Shown here piece after piece: positions 11,569 to 23,363 of a stretch of 64,000 nucleotides of DNA (position 1 is its first letter; every line of letters begins with the position of its first letter). The notes beneath the pieces are model-generated. The model was not told the DNA's origin. It did not search any database and saw only the letters and a program-made list of their open reading frames with translations. Source of the stretch: Sphaerodactylus townsendi (Eukaryota). The stretch spans positions 155,682,001 through 155,746,000 of the forward strand of contig NC_059425.1 in assembly GCF_021028975.2 (NCBI RefSeq). The letters are read 5' to 3'. Made by a program: the position numbers and the translations under genes.

Positions 11569-11723
11569 NNNNNNNNNNNNNNNNNNNNNNNNNNNNNNNN
11601 NNNNNNNNNNNNNNNNNNNNNNNNNNNNNNNNNNNNNNNNNNNNNNNNNNNNNNNNNNNNNNNNNNNNNNNNNNNNNNNNNNNNNNNNNNNNNNNNNNNN
11701 NNNNNNNNNNNNNNNNNNNNNNN
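11569..11723. other. Assembly gap (N run)
   Basis: Run of n characters. Confidence 0.99.
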
Positions 11724-12620
11724 TCTGTTTGGTTGGCTGTCATGTTTACTATCCAATATTTATCTGGTCCTTCATACAAATTCACCTTATGTAGTTGGAA
11801 CAGTTGTGAAATGTTGACTTCTCTGAGTGAGGAATGATCTAGATGGAATAATGTTTTCACAAGTTATTTTCAATAACTTCTATCAACCCAGTCTTAACTA
11901 TTTTTCTTCAAATGACCAAGAAATGGCCAAGAAATATCTTTTGTTACGATAATTTTAATTTTGTGTGTTCAAATTGTTCAAAAGTGATCTCATTGTATCA
12001 CATTCTATGGATCCTTGAAGAGGTTAATCTATAAAAATAAATCAGCCCCTGCTAAGTACTTAGCTCCATTGTGAAAATACAAGGTCCTTGAATTCCTACT
12101 GATTTGAGAGTACTGGGCATTCTCAACAGTGCCTCTTTTTCAGAACAAATCTGTAAATTACTTCAAGCAGAAGATTAAATTACATTGCACCCCCCACCCC
12201 CCAATCAATTGCACTATTAGAGAAATAGTGGTTCAACAGCAGATTTTTTTTCTAATAAAAAAGTCATAATTTTCCCCCTTATTGTCGCTCATATTTTTCA
12301 ATAGCCCTGTATACAAGTGACAGTAAAGGAATACACTATCTACATGCAACGAATACTTGATTTTTCCTAACACATGCATTGATTAATTCTCATGTTGCAT
12401 GTTCAATTCAATGTGTGATTTAAACCCCACATTTATCAGGAACTGGTCACCAGTTTCAATTGTAATGTGAACACATTTTGGCTCTTTATTACAAACAGAT
12501 GTACACACAGGATGTAAATGCATTCACTGTAACTTGTGAACAAGGCTTCCATGTTTGGTGGCAGATTTTATAATGAGGCACATATTTCCAAGAACTGCTG
12601 ATTAAAGGAGAGTTACAATT

Positions 12621-12895
12621 GAGAGACAGCATGGTGTAGTGGTTAAGAGCAGTGGACTCTGATTTAGAGAACCAGGTTAGAGTCCATACTCCTTCACATG
12701 AGCAGCAGACTCTAATCTGGTGAAGCAGTTTGTTTCCCTACTCCTTCACACAAAGCCTGCTGGGAGACCCTGAGCTTGTCACAGTTCTCTCAGAATTCAT
12801 TCAGCCCCACTTACATCACAATGGGGGAAGGTGAGTTGTAAGGCACTTTGAGACTCCTTACAGTAGAGAAAAGTGGGTATAAAACCCTATTCTTA
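12621..12895 (+). mobile_element. tRNA-CORE SINE (older subfamily)
   Basis: tggtgtagtggttaagag A box; same body and tail as the 6037 copy. Confidence 0.8.
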
Positions 12896-13094
12896 TTTGA
12901 CTATTTCTTAGCACACATAGAAAGCCAACTATTTTGGGGGAAATGTGTGCCATATCTATTACACACAACTTGTGGCTGGAGTCCAACACAATTATGTTTG
13001 GTAAAATCCACTAAGATCAATGAGCATCAGCATACCCAACCTTATGTTGTATAGCAGTCTTCTAATATCTTACAGTTTTATTTCTTCTCTACAG

Positions 13095-13303
13095 ATTTTG
13101 GTGGGAAAACAGCAATGTTTTTACAGCTTCTCAAAGAAATGAACTCAGCAAATATTCTTTATCCAGACTGATCTGTGGCAATACAAATCTCACTGCATTA
13201 CCCCTTGATGCTTTCATGCTTGGAAAGTTTCCTGAAGATTTTAAGAGTTGTGAAAATATACCCAACATTGATTTAGGAGCTTGGCGGGAAACCCTTCAGC
13301 CAG
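13095..13303 (+). CDS. TPO: Thyroid peroxidase exon (exon 12 equivalent)
   Basis: ctacag|...|gtaact; 209 bp; [30 protein letters not shown]...DLGAWRE. Confidence 0.97.
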
Positions 13304-13466
13304 GTAACTGAAAGATTAACTGCCTCTTTAATCATTTGGAAATTAGAAACATGATGAAATGTTTGGGGAGTGGGAGGAGCTTGATTTTTTAAAATTTACC
13401 TGTAGTACATGAAAGGGACATGAACAGAGCTGAAAGAGCATTTTTCAATCTCAGCACTTCCTAAGG

Positions 13467-13951
13467 CAGCGATGGCGAACCTTTTCGAGACCGAGTGCCC
13501 AAATTGCAACCCAAAACCCACTTATTTATCGCAAAGTGCCAACACGGTAATTTAACCTGAATACTGAGGTTTTTGTTTAGAAAAAACGGTTGGCTCCGAG
13601 GCGTGTGTTACTCAGGAGTAAGCTTGGTGGTGGTCGGTGGCTTTGCTTTGAAGCAACCTTGCAACTCTTCCAACGGGTGAATCACAACCCTAGGAGGGTT
13701 TACTCAGAAGCAAGCCCCATTGCCAGCAACCGAGCTTACTTCCAGGTAAGGGATCACGCTTTAGTTTAACAGCGCTTAACAGGGTTACCTACACTGCTTC
13801 CCCAAAACTAGGGCTTAGGTTTAATGCTAATAATTGAGCCCAGCGGCCCAGGCCAGTCTAGATGTGGGGGGGGGCACTCTGTTTGCACGTGCCCACAGAG
13901 AGGACTCTGAGTGCCACCTCTGGCACCCGTGCCATAGGTTCGCCATCACTG
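13467..13951 (-). mobile_element. hAT MITE family A
   Basis: TIR cagcgatggcgaacct / aggttcgccatcactg; perfect TSD TCCTAAGG; inverted relative to the 4044 and 49652 copies. Confidence 0.9.
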
Positions 13952-14070
13952 TCCTAAGGATTTCTATGTCAACTGTTCAAACCAATGCATTTAGTCCCAT
14001 GGATATGTATGAAACAGGAGCAGCTTAAAACCGAGCACGTATTCTTAATTATAATAATCCTAAACTGAAA

Positions 14071-14247
14071 TTTACCTTGCTCTTTCACCAGGGACTCGTC
14101 CTTTAAACATATGATGAAGCTACCCTATGGCATCAGACCCTTTGTCTATAGATGACAGTATCTACTCTGACTTACAGTGGTTTTGGATATAGTTTGGATA
14201 TGTATATATAGGATATATCCATGGTTTTGGATATAGGTCTTTCTCAT
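14071..14247 (+). repeat. 177-bp local duplication, copy 2
   Basis: Matches 11267-11443. Confidence 0.9.
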
Positions 14248-14940
14248 TGACTTTAGAGGGTGTAACTCTGCTTAAACTTGCATTGTGGGTCACTTGGATG
14301 TAGTAAAACCCATACTTTGAATCATATAGGTACTCCCTAAATGTACTCACATCAGTGAGACTGAGTATTATATTCAACATGGAATAGGTGATGTTTATGC
14401 CTGACACTTGAGAATCTGTATGCCATAACATGCACAGTCAAGGCTCACTATCAATATTATGTCAGTATTATAAATTCAATAGTTTAACATGATGGTGTTT
14501 TCACTGCTAAACAGAAAATTTAAGTAAAGTTGAGTTGTTTTAAAGGTAAAATGAAATATAGTGAAATTAAATAAGTTCCAGTGTTAACTACCAGCTACAA
14601 AATACTTCTGTTTTGGTTATCTAAGTATAAACTTTTTGATTTACAGCTATTTGGAAGATGCTAGTAAAACAACTAATATGCAAAATAGAACAATTTATCA
14701 GAACCAATATCTTCAGATGTAGAAAAATCCTTTGACAGTGCAGCATCATTCTTGAAACCTTGAAAGCATTTGGTTTCAACCAAAGCATGGATCCAAGATA
14801 GTTAAAAGCATGTATATTGGAGCTGGAATAAATAAGATGTGTAGTTAACCTCAAAGAAGTCTATTTGTGTATGTGTGTATATAATGTGCCCTGCTTCGAT
14901 GCTCTTTATTCATGGACACAAATAGCTTTTTTTTTTTTTG

Positions 14941-15113
14941 CCATCAAGTCACAGCTGACTTATGGTGGCCTATGGTGGGGTTTTCTAGACTAGAGATGTT
15001 CAGAGGTGGTTTGCCATTGCCTACCTCCACGTCACAACTCTGGTACCCCTTGGAGGCCTCCCATCCAAACACTTGTCAGGGTTGATCCTGCTTAGCTTCT
15101 GAGATCTGACAAG
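14941..15113 (-). mobile_element. 5S rRNA-derived SINE fragment
   Basis: Minus strand cttgtcagatctcagaagctaagcagg...ttggatgggag resembles the 5S internal control region, followed by a non-5S body. Confidence 0.7.
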
Positions 15114-15319
15114 TTCCCCATTTACTAGTTATGCATGGAACTGAACCCTCTTTACAATGAATGATAACATTCTTTTGCATATTAGATAACATTATTTGCA
15201 TATTAGAATACCCATTCCTGCAACAGAGAGAGACCACTTAGTAAAGGTGTGCAAGGTATAATAGTCATTTTCAATGTTACTACTTTAAGAATATAGTTAT
15301 ATTCTTGTTTAATTTCTAG

Positions 15320-15490
15320 AGTTTACTTGTGGTCTACCAAAAAGAGTAGAGAATGGTGAATTTGTACACTGCACAGAGGCAGGAATATCCAAGGTGACCT
15401 ACTCATGTTATCAAGGATACAAACTACAAGGAGAAGCACAATTATCTTGCACAAAGAAGAGGTGGAATATGGATCTACCAGTCTGTCAAG
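15320..15490 (+). CDS. TPO: Thyroid peroxidase exon (exon 13 equivalent; CCP/sushi domain)
   Basis: ttctag|...|gtactt; 171 bp; TCGLPKRVENGEFVHC...YSCYQGYKLQGEAQLSC...W...PVC. Confidence 0.96.
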
Positions 15491-16462
15491 GTACTTAAAG
15501 TTTGATTTTGGAAGAGAGAAAGAACAGCATTGTCATATAAAATGATTCACTTTTAGGCACCTGTTCAGTGTTCTGTAAATTTGGATTCAATATGACTGTC
15601 AAGATTGAATCCCATCAGTTTCTGAAGAGGTCACTGCTCATTCTACTGATAAGAAATTGTTTTAGGTGGGCCTTTTTCTACTTCCAGTTATCTAGCCTCA
15701 GGGGCAGTGGTGAAATCCAAAAATTTTAGTAACAGGTTCCCATGGTGGTGGGATTCAAACAGTGGCGTAGCGCCAATGGGGCTGGATGGGGCATGACGGG
15801 GGCATGGCCGGCCATTCCGTGGGTGGGGCATTAATAATTTCTCTGTTACTGTAAAAAACTCTTACTGTTAAAAAAAGTTCCTAATTCCAGCTGGTATCTT
15901 TCTGTCCATAATTTAAATTCATTATAGCAAGTCCTATCGTCTACTGCCAACAGAAACAACTACTTCTCCTCTAATTGACTGCCTGTCAAATACTTAATAC
16001 TTTCAAATACTTAATTTTGTTTCTAGAAATCAAAAGAAGGATACTTTCTTTAAACAAGGAACTTTACCATATTTCTAAAACATGTTTTTAAAACAGCCCA
16101 ACAGGGAGAATTATCCCCGTTTTCTACCTTTGCTAATCAGCCACATAGGAAACAACAGGACTTGATGCCAACTGTGAAATCATGAGTGGTCACTACAGTT
16201 TAGTGAAGATTCACCATCACCCCTGTTTGTTAACTATATTCTGAAGGGCTAATACATTCAATACTCAAAATAATTTTCACTTTAGATTAAATTCATTAAA
16301 ACATGGATCCGATGGACCATTGCTACTGCATAGGCATATTCAAGAGCTAGATATCAAGGCTACTGCCAGGATACACAGGTCATGACTTTTTAAAAAATTG
16401 AGTAAGCATTAGTAGTTAGTACCTTTAACCTTTCACTTATACAAAATGCTTTGTAATCCTTT

Positions 16463-16762
16463 AGAAGAAGAAGAGTTTGGATTTATATCCCCCCTTTCTC
16501 TCCTGCAGGAGACTCAAAGGGGCTGACAATCTCTTTGCCCTTCCCCCCTCACAACAGACACCCTGTGAGGTGGGTGGGGCTGAGAGAGCTCCGAGAAGCT
16601 GTGACTAGCCCAAGGTCACCCAGCTGGTGTGTGTGGGAGTGCACAGGCTAATCTGAATTCCCCAGATAAGCCTCCACAGCTCAGGCGGCAGAGCTGGGAA
16701 TCAAACCCGGTTCCTCCAGATTAGATACACGAGCTCTTAACCTCCTACGCCACTGCTGCTCC
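16463..16762 (-). mobile_element. Full-length young tRNA-CORE SINE (Squam3-like)
   Basis: Minus strand ggagcagcagtggcgtaggaggttaagag (A box), gggtttgattccc (B box), CORE, (CTT)n tail. Confidence 0.92.
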
Positions 16763-16802
16763 ATAAATACCTAAAATCAGTCATTAACACTCCCTTTTTA
16801 TT

Positions 16803-16955
16803 CCTGGGTGACCTTGGGCTAGTCACAGATTTCAGCCCCACCCACCTCACAGGGTGTTTGTTGTGAGGAGGGTAGGGCAAGGAGATTGTAAGCCCCTTTG
16901 AGTCTCCTGCAGGAGAGAAAGGGGGGATATAAACCCAAACTCTTCTTCTTCTTCT
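16803..16955 (+). mobile_element. 3' half of the same SINE family, opposite orientation
   Basis: ctgggtgaccttgggctagtcac ... aaacccaaactcttcttcttcttct. Confidence 0.88.
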
Positions 16956-18465
16956 GTTTAAAGTAAAAAATGAACCAGAACATCATCCATTGTGAACTAG
17001 AATTCACAATCCATACTGTATATTCTGCAAATATTTCACATTAATTAATCCAGGATTAGAGACACAGATTAGCATAACATTCTCACATACAGGAATACAG
17101 AGCTTTAAAGTGGCCAAGCATCATGGTAAGTCACAATTTATCATAAAATGAAAAGACAGAGTGCCAAAATAAATAGCCTACCAAGCAAGTAAAGAGTCCC
17201 CTGGACCCAACAGTAGTTAAAGGGTCCCTCCTCTTACTAGCCAGCAAGGTCCGGGCTATGAGAAAGAAGAAGAGAGGGGGAAGCGAGGGCGTGGAGACAG
17301 AAAAGCGGACCCAATTAGTAACCCCCTCTTGGCACACACAAATAATTAGTAACCCACTCTTCGGAACTGATGAGAACCTGCTGGATCCCACCTCTGCTAA
17401 GGGGGCAGTAACACATGGGAAACATTCAATCAGATCTCCATACGTCTTTTATTTTTCTTGAAATTAATCAGTAGGATTTGGATTGGGACCATAGCACTGC
17501 AAAGGAGGGGGGGTTGGGAGGATTAACTCTTTCTCCTTTGTCTCATTTCTCAGACAGACTTTCTCCTCCGAACACTGACTGTTATTAACCCCTGGTAGGA
17601 TGACACAACAGCTTGTATGTCCCTTTCCTCCTGTCAGGTCTAATATTAGCTGGAAGGCCTGATTTGTTGCAGTGGAATGGGTTTAAGCATCCTCCTATCT
17701 TACTGCTGCTCTCCAAATCCAAATCAAATACATGTATACATACAGATGCCTTAAAAGAAAATTAAAGACGTCTATGAGAACTCATCACAAACCTCCAATG
17801 TCTCATCTAGTTTCACCTTCCGATTCCATTCGTCTCCAAACTGGAATTAATTGGGAATTTTATGATGCCATTAAAAAGAAAATTGTATAGATCCTGAATA
17901 GATATTTCCAGTTCCGGTGCTGCGTTTATGGATCTATGATCTGGGCACAGTCTATTAATTCTTCTTTGTGTTCCGCTTGACTTTTTATACTTTGGGATTT
18001 TGTAATATGAAAGGGATCCCAGCTGGTCTGAACAATGAGAGCCTTGATTTCATTTCCACCTCACAAATTATTCTTTTAAATTTTATTTGCATAACTTTTT
18101 TCTTAATGTCCTCTTTCTCTTGTCGGGGAAGTAAAAACTAACCTTTGTTTCCTGTAACATGTATATAGCAGAAATTTACATGATACAGTTGAAATCTGGG
18201 GTCACTCACTTTTCGTCACTGAATAGAGGGCTGTACATTTTTAAAGTTCCCAGACACTTCTATTTTTTTAATCCACATTCATTTTTACTGTTGCACTTTC
18301 TAGATTGCTGGGAACAAGGCTTAGAGAGTTATGAGAGAACCATGACTAGCCTAAGGTCAACCAGCAGGCTTCATGCAGACGAGTGCAGAAATGTATCTAG
18401 TTCTCTTATTTGAGTCTGCCGTTCTTAACCACTGTGCCATGCTGGTTCTCAGACTTTCAGACCTA

Positions 18466-18601
18466 GGCTCATTCCGCACATGCAGAATAATGCACTTTCA
18501 AACTGTTTTCAGTGCTCTTTGAAGCTGAATGGCTAAATCCACTTGCAAACAGTTGTGAAAGTGGTTTGAAAATGCATTATTTTGCGTGTGCGGAAGGGGC
18601 C
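18466..18601 (+). mobile_element. MITE family H copy
   Basis: Same TIRs; TSD CTA. Confidence 0.85.
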
Positions 18602-19639
18602 CTAGAATGCTATTTTCCCCCCTGAACAAATGGCCCAGCTATTGAAGAATATATATTTTTTAATTCTGAGGGAGGTCTACTTTAAAGCTAGGAAGAGTGC
18701 ATTTTAGTTTTTGTATACAGCATACAAACTTTTCTCTACTGCACAGCTCATACTCCCTTCCATAATTCCTTTTTTTCCCATTACAAGTTTACAGTTACCA
18801 CACAATTGATGAAAGATTAGATATGAGACCATAGTAGCGCTAGGGGTAAAGTTGGTCCCTTGTTCATCTCTACAAACTAGTACTTTATTCCCTATATCCA
18901 TTAGTAAATCAAGAGAATGTACGAAGTCTCCCTGAATGCAACTAAAGCATAGCAAAATTTGGGCAGCCTTCCTAGCAAAGCTCATTTTTGTTCTTTTAAA
19001 AAGAAGAGTATAGATCAAAGGGAAGCACTGAAGGAAGCTTAAGCTCCTGGAAGATCTGTGTGTGACATCAGGGGAATCAAAAAGTGGGCAGAATTTAATC
19101 AGCACAGGCCTCAATAGGACTCAGCCGAGATCCCCAAATACAGTACCAGGTCTTTGCCTTGTGAACTTGAGAAAGAATATACAAGTGCAATCGTATGAAT
19201 ACCTCTTGTATGTGCTTGGGGGTGGGGAGTGGGGAGGCATTCTCCTTCTGCCACTACTTTTTAAAAACAATTCTTGCATTCTTATATATATTCATGTACT
19301 CATATAAACAAACACATATATAGAGAGAAGAGATCTCTATCCAGAGATTTTTTCCCCCCAGATAGATTTTTTGTTTGGCTACCTCGCATTCACAACTGGG
19401 AGACCAAAAAAAGAGTTATAACTCAGTCTGGGGTCTGGAAGAAGGACCTGCCAAATTACAGAAAAGTCAATAATTATTATTCTCTAAATATTTCCCCCTC
19501 TTGGACACACACATGGTTGGGTTGGTTCTGTGCATCAGTGAAACCAAGAGCAATACTGTAAGGCACCTAGACTCAGTCAAGATGCAAAACCCCTGGCAGA
19601 CCACTGAAAGTGGAATGGTCAAAGCTGAGACACCAGACT

Positions 19640-20197
19640 AAGAAGAAGAGAAGAAGAGTTTGGATTTATATCCAGTAGTGGGATTCAGCAAGTTCGCACC
19701 ACTTCGGAAGAACCGGTTGTTAAAATGGTGCTTGTAAACAACCAGTTGTTAAATTGTTTGAATCCCACCACCGGAACCAGTTGTTAAATTATTTGAATCC
19801 CACCACTGTTTATATACCACCTTTCTGTCCTGTAAGGAGACTCAAGGTGGCTTACAAACTCCTTTCCCTTCCTATTTCCACGACAGACACCTTGTGAGGT
19901 AGGTGGGACTGAGAGAGTTCCGAAGGACTGTGACTAGCCCAAGGACACCCAGCAGGAATGTAGGAGTATGGAAACCAGGGGCGGAGCGAGGGGGAACTGT
20001 GCCTGGGGTACGTGTGTGCCCTGCGCCCCTGCCATGGCCCCGCCCAGTGTGTCGGGTACCCCCATCCCCTTGGCACTACACCGCTGGCAGAAACACTTCT
20101 GGTTCACCAGATAAGCCTCTGCCACTCAGGTGAAGGATTAGGGAATCAAATCTGGTTCTCCAGATTAGAACCCACCTGCTCTTAACCACTACACACC
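19640..20197 (-). mobile_element. tRNA-CORE SINE interrupted by two hAT MITEs (19673-19808 family B; 19976-20086 family C)
   Basis: SINE sequence resumes after each insert; TSDs TTTATATC/TTTATATA and decayed ATGGAAAC/GCAGAAAC. Confidence 0.82.
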
Positions 20198-20394
20198 AAG
20201 CATCCACCCCCTTCAGAAATCAGTGGCCACATCAGCAGAAAAAACCCAATCAGCAGAAAAAACCCAATAGCATTCTAGATCTGATGGGGGCAGATCAATC
20301 ATGAATGGTAACTACTGCACAGCAACGGTAGTGGAAGGTAACATTGATGGAAGATATTTCATAGATTATGGCAGTGGCACTTCAGCTAACCATG

Positions 20395-20545
20395 GTTAGT
20401 ATTGTGCAGAAGAAAGCAATAATAAACCACTTATGATCAACCCTTACCTTGAAAACCTTATGATGAGACAGTTGAAAATGAAAAGAAGATATAGTGCTGA
20501 AGATGGAACCCCCAGGTCAGATACAGTGGCATCATGCCAACAGAC
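20395..20545 (+). mobile_element. RTE/BovB-related relic
   Basis: aagatatagtgctgaagatggaacccccaggtcaga resembles the BovB 5' region as I recall it. Confidence 0.4.
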
Positions 20546-21010
20546 AGGGTGGTGTGACGCTCCGGCCAGAGCCATGGAGGAGGCATGGCCTGGGCATGGA
20601 GGGGCCATTCTAGGGCAATGTGGCCAGTGCTGCGGCAGGGGCACTGGGCGCACATGTACCCCAGGCGCAGTTTCCCCTTGCTCCACCGCTGGGCCAAGGC
20701 TCTTAGAACTGCTGTAATCAATAAAGAAGTTACCAAATTTTATTCCAACAAGGTTGTCTGACTCTGTGCTTCCTGGGTGCAGTATGGGTTGAAGAGGGTT
20801 GCTGCCCCCTTCCCTTCCCTTTAATGCTGGGTCCACCAAGTGTAGTAAGTACTTCCTTTCTCCTATCCTTCCCTAATAGACAACCTGTAATTAGCCATAG
20901 ATGCTTTTGAATGCAGAGAGAAAGGAACAAAAACCCACTCTAATACCTACACTGAGAAAAACAATTATTCTGGGTCGAGGTGTGGGGAGGTAGTACATAA
21001 TGGCAGAAGA

Positions 21011-21270
21011 TAAGGTAATGGTAAAAGAAGTTCCCTGTGCAAGCACTAGGTCATGACAAGGTTTACTAGGCAAACGATGTGTATGGGTTGTTTGCCCTTG
21101 TCTTCCCCAGTCATCTACTGGTACATTTTATCCCCAGCAAGCTGGGTACACATTTTTTCAACCTTAGAAAGATGGAAGACTAAGTGAACTTTGAGCCAAC
21201 TATCTGAAACCAACTCAGATCATAAACAGAGCTTTGATTGAAGTACTGCAGCTTATCACTCTGTGCCACT
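21011..21270 (-). mobile_element. Sauria SINE relic
   Basis: aaggtaatggtaaaag (decayed reverse ACCTTT tail), ccctgtgcaagcac, cagcaagctgggtac..tttt..acct..gaaagatggaag. Confidence 0.6.
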
Positions 21271-21361
21271 TTGCTATTTAGCACAGTCTATGATGTCAAA
21301 AAGTACCTCGATCTGCCACAAACTGCCAATGTACTATATGTTTGATGATATAGGTTTAGAG

Positions 21362-21509
21362 CAGTGGTGGCGAACCTACGGCACTCCAGATGTTCATAGA
21401 CTACAACTCCCATCAGCCCCTGCCAACATGGCCAATTGGCCATGCTAGCAGGGGCTGATGGGAGTTGTAGTCTATGAACATCTGTAGTGCTGTAGGTTCG
21501 CCACCACAG
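21362..21509. mobile_element. Fully palindromic 148-bp hAT MITE
   Basis: Near-perfect inverted repeat centred on ggccaattggcc; TSD GTTTAGAG. Confidence 0.92.
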
Positions 21510-21621
21510 GTTTAGAGGATAGGCTGTGACCATTGGAGGACTAGTGATCTTCAGAAGTGGTTCGTCTCAAAATTGTGTTTAAACATCCACTTTTAGTGAC
21601 TATTTGTTACATGGTTTATTC

Positions 21622-21757
21622 CAGTGGTTTGATTCAAATAATTTAACAACCGGTTCCGGTAGTGGGATTCAGATAATTTAACAACTGGTTGTTTACAAGC
21701 ACCATTTTAACAACCGGTTCTTCCGAAGTGGTGCGAACCTGCTGAATCCCACCACTG
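21622..21757 (+). mobile_element. hAT MITE family B (136 bp)
   Basis: cagtggt..gattc / gaatcccaccactg; TSD GTTTATTC/GTTTACCC (decayed); copies at 19673 and 31329. Confidence 0.85.
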
Positions 21758-21909
21758 GTTTACCCCAACCTCAAGCTTAGTTGCCAAAACCCTGCACACC
21801 AATATGCTTTGAGACATGGTGCAAGTGTAAATTTTGATCCCTACTATCAATTACGCTTGTAATCTAAGCACAGGCTTGTAAGAATATACTTCTAACTTTC
21901 CTAATATAG

Positions 21910-22041
21910 ATATCAATGAATGTGAAAACAAAACCAATCCTCCTTGCCACACCTCTGCCAGATGTGTGAACACCAAAGGCAGTTTCCAGTGTTTCTGTAC
22001 AGATCCTTATGAACTGACTGAAGATGGACTAGCATGTACTG
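21910..22041 (+). CDS. TPO: Thyroid peroxidase exon (exon 14 equivalent; Ca-binding EGF domain)
   Basis: atatag|...|gtaaga; 132 bp; [44 protein letters not shown]. Confidence 0.97.
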
Positions 22042-22089
22042 GTAAGATGACTATATTGCATTGTAAATTAAAACCATATAATATTAAAC

Positions 22090-22482
22090 CAGAGGTGGGA
22101 TCCAGCAGGTTCTCACAGGTTCCCGAGAGTAGGTTACTAATTATTTGTGTGTGCCGAGAGGGGGTTACTAATTGGTGATTTTGCCACGTGATTTTTGCCT
22201 TAGTTACGCCCCTCCGCTCCTCAGCAGTAGCGCGCAGAACTTGAAGCAGTCTAGCAGGAGGTGCACCGGCGTGCGTGGCAGCCTGCGCCTGCATGCATTC
22301 GTTTCCCGCCCAAGGACCGGCAGAGCGGCTGCGTCCTTGCCACAGCCCCGCCCAGAAATGCCCCGCCCCAGAATGTCCGGCCATGCCCCATCATGCCCCG
22401 CCAAGCCCCATTGGCGCTACGCCACAGTTTGAATCCCACCACCATGGGAACCTGTTATTAACATTTTTGGATCCCACCACTA
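22090..22482 (+). mobile_element. hAT MITE family D
   Basis: cagaggtgggatcc / ggatcccaccact; perfect TSD TATTAAAC; 48 bp after the exon 14 donor. Confidence 0.88.
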
Positions 22483-23223
22483 TATTAAACTATCATTCGC
22501 AAACGTTTCTGCAGTCATATGTTTGCAACTTACCCTATTGTCTTCCAAGATAAATGTTGTATAGTGATAATAAATAGAAAGTGGCCATGACTGTTTTTTT
22601 TAAAGATTGAAACAGCCATAGAGAACAAAACAACCCAAGCTCGGGCAACAGGCAATGACTGTTTAAAGGCTTCAAAATATGTTTGGTGACTTAAAGGAGA
22701 TTTGGAGGCAGATCTCCCCAATACAGTACCAACATCTCTATCTATAACATCTTACTAGTACTTCTTATTGGATGGATTATTTTGTGCTCCAGACATTGCA
22801 ATGAAGGTAAGGTACAGCTCCAGGATGCTTTGGTGAACAGTAGATGCAGGAATCCTAATGGTCAGGCTTTTGGTATCATAAAGTTGCAAGTGGGAAGCAA
22901 AGGTCTAGGCTGCTAATAAAATCTCCCAAATTCTGGATATGGGATTCATTTGTATTCCTTTACATGCCGTGAGTGTTCCTTTGTTTGATTAAATGCCTCA
23001 GTCTTTGTTTGATTCAGTCTTTGTTTGATTAAATGCCTCAGTCTTACTTCTTTCAATCAGTCAACAGTAATTTATTCTTGTTTACTCAAAAATACCACTC
23101 TTTTAGGGCCCAACAGTTCTAAGCCACCTACTTAAAAAAGGGTATCTGTGATTAACACAGCAGAGTTGCCATTCCTGCTATAAGGCTGCTGTTAAAACTG
23201 TGTCCGTGGGTGCTGCTTCCTGT

Positions 23224-23363
23224 GGCCCCTTCTGCACACACAGAATAGTGCACTTTCAGTCCACTTTGAAGCTGGACTTTACTGTGCGGAATAGGAAAAT
23301 CCATTTTCAAACAATTGTGAAAGTGGATTGAATGTGCATTATTCTGCATGTGCAGAAGGAGCC
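23224..23363. mobile_element. MITE related to family H (older subfamily)
   Basis: ggccccttctgcacac / gtgcagaaggagcc TIRs. Confidence 0.75.

Larger units (their letters stand above)
15705..17396 (-). mobile_element. Long non-autonomous hAT element (family D) carrying nested SINEs
   Basis: Ends match the 22090 element in reverse; TSD CTCAGGGG/CTAAGGGG (7/8). Confidence 0.75.

Noticed and set aside
11475-11860. ORFs spanning the N run (also 58850-59270)
   Set aside because: Artefacts of translating gap characters
14941-15113. 5S rRNA gene
   Set aside because: Truncated, diverged and joined to a SINE body
16680-16762. tRNA gene
   Set aside because: A/B boxes belong to the SINE head, repeated with the same body many times
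22980-23046. Short tandem duplications (also 20230-20268, 25190-25252)
   Set aside because: Ordinary slippage products with no further structure
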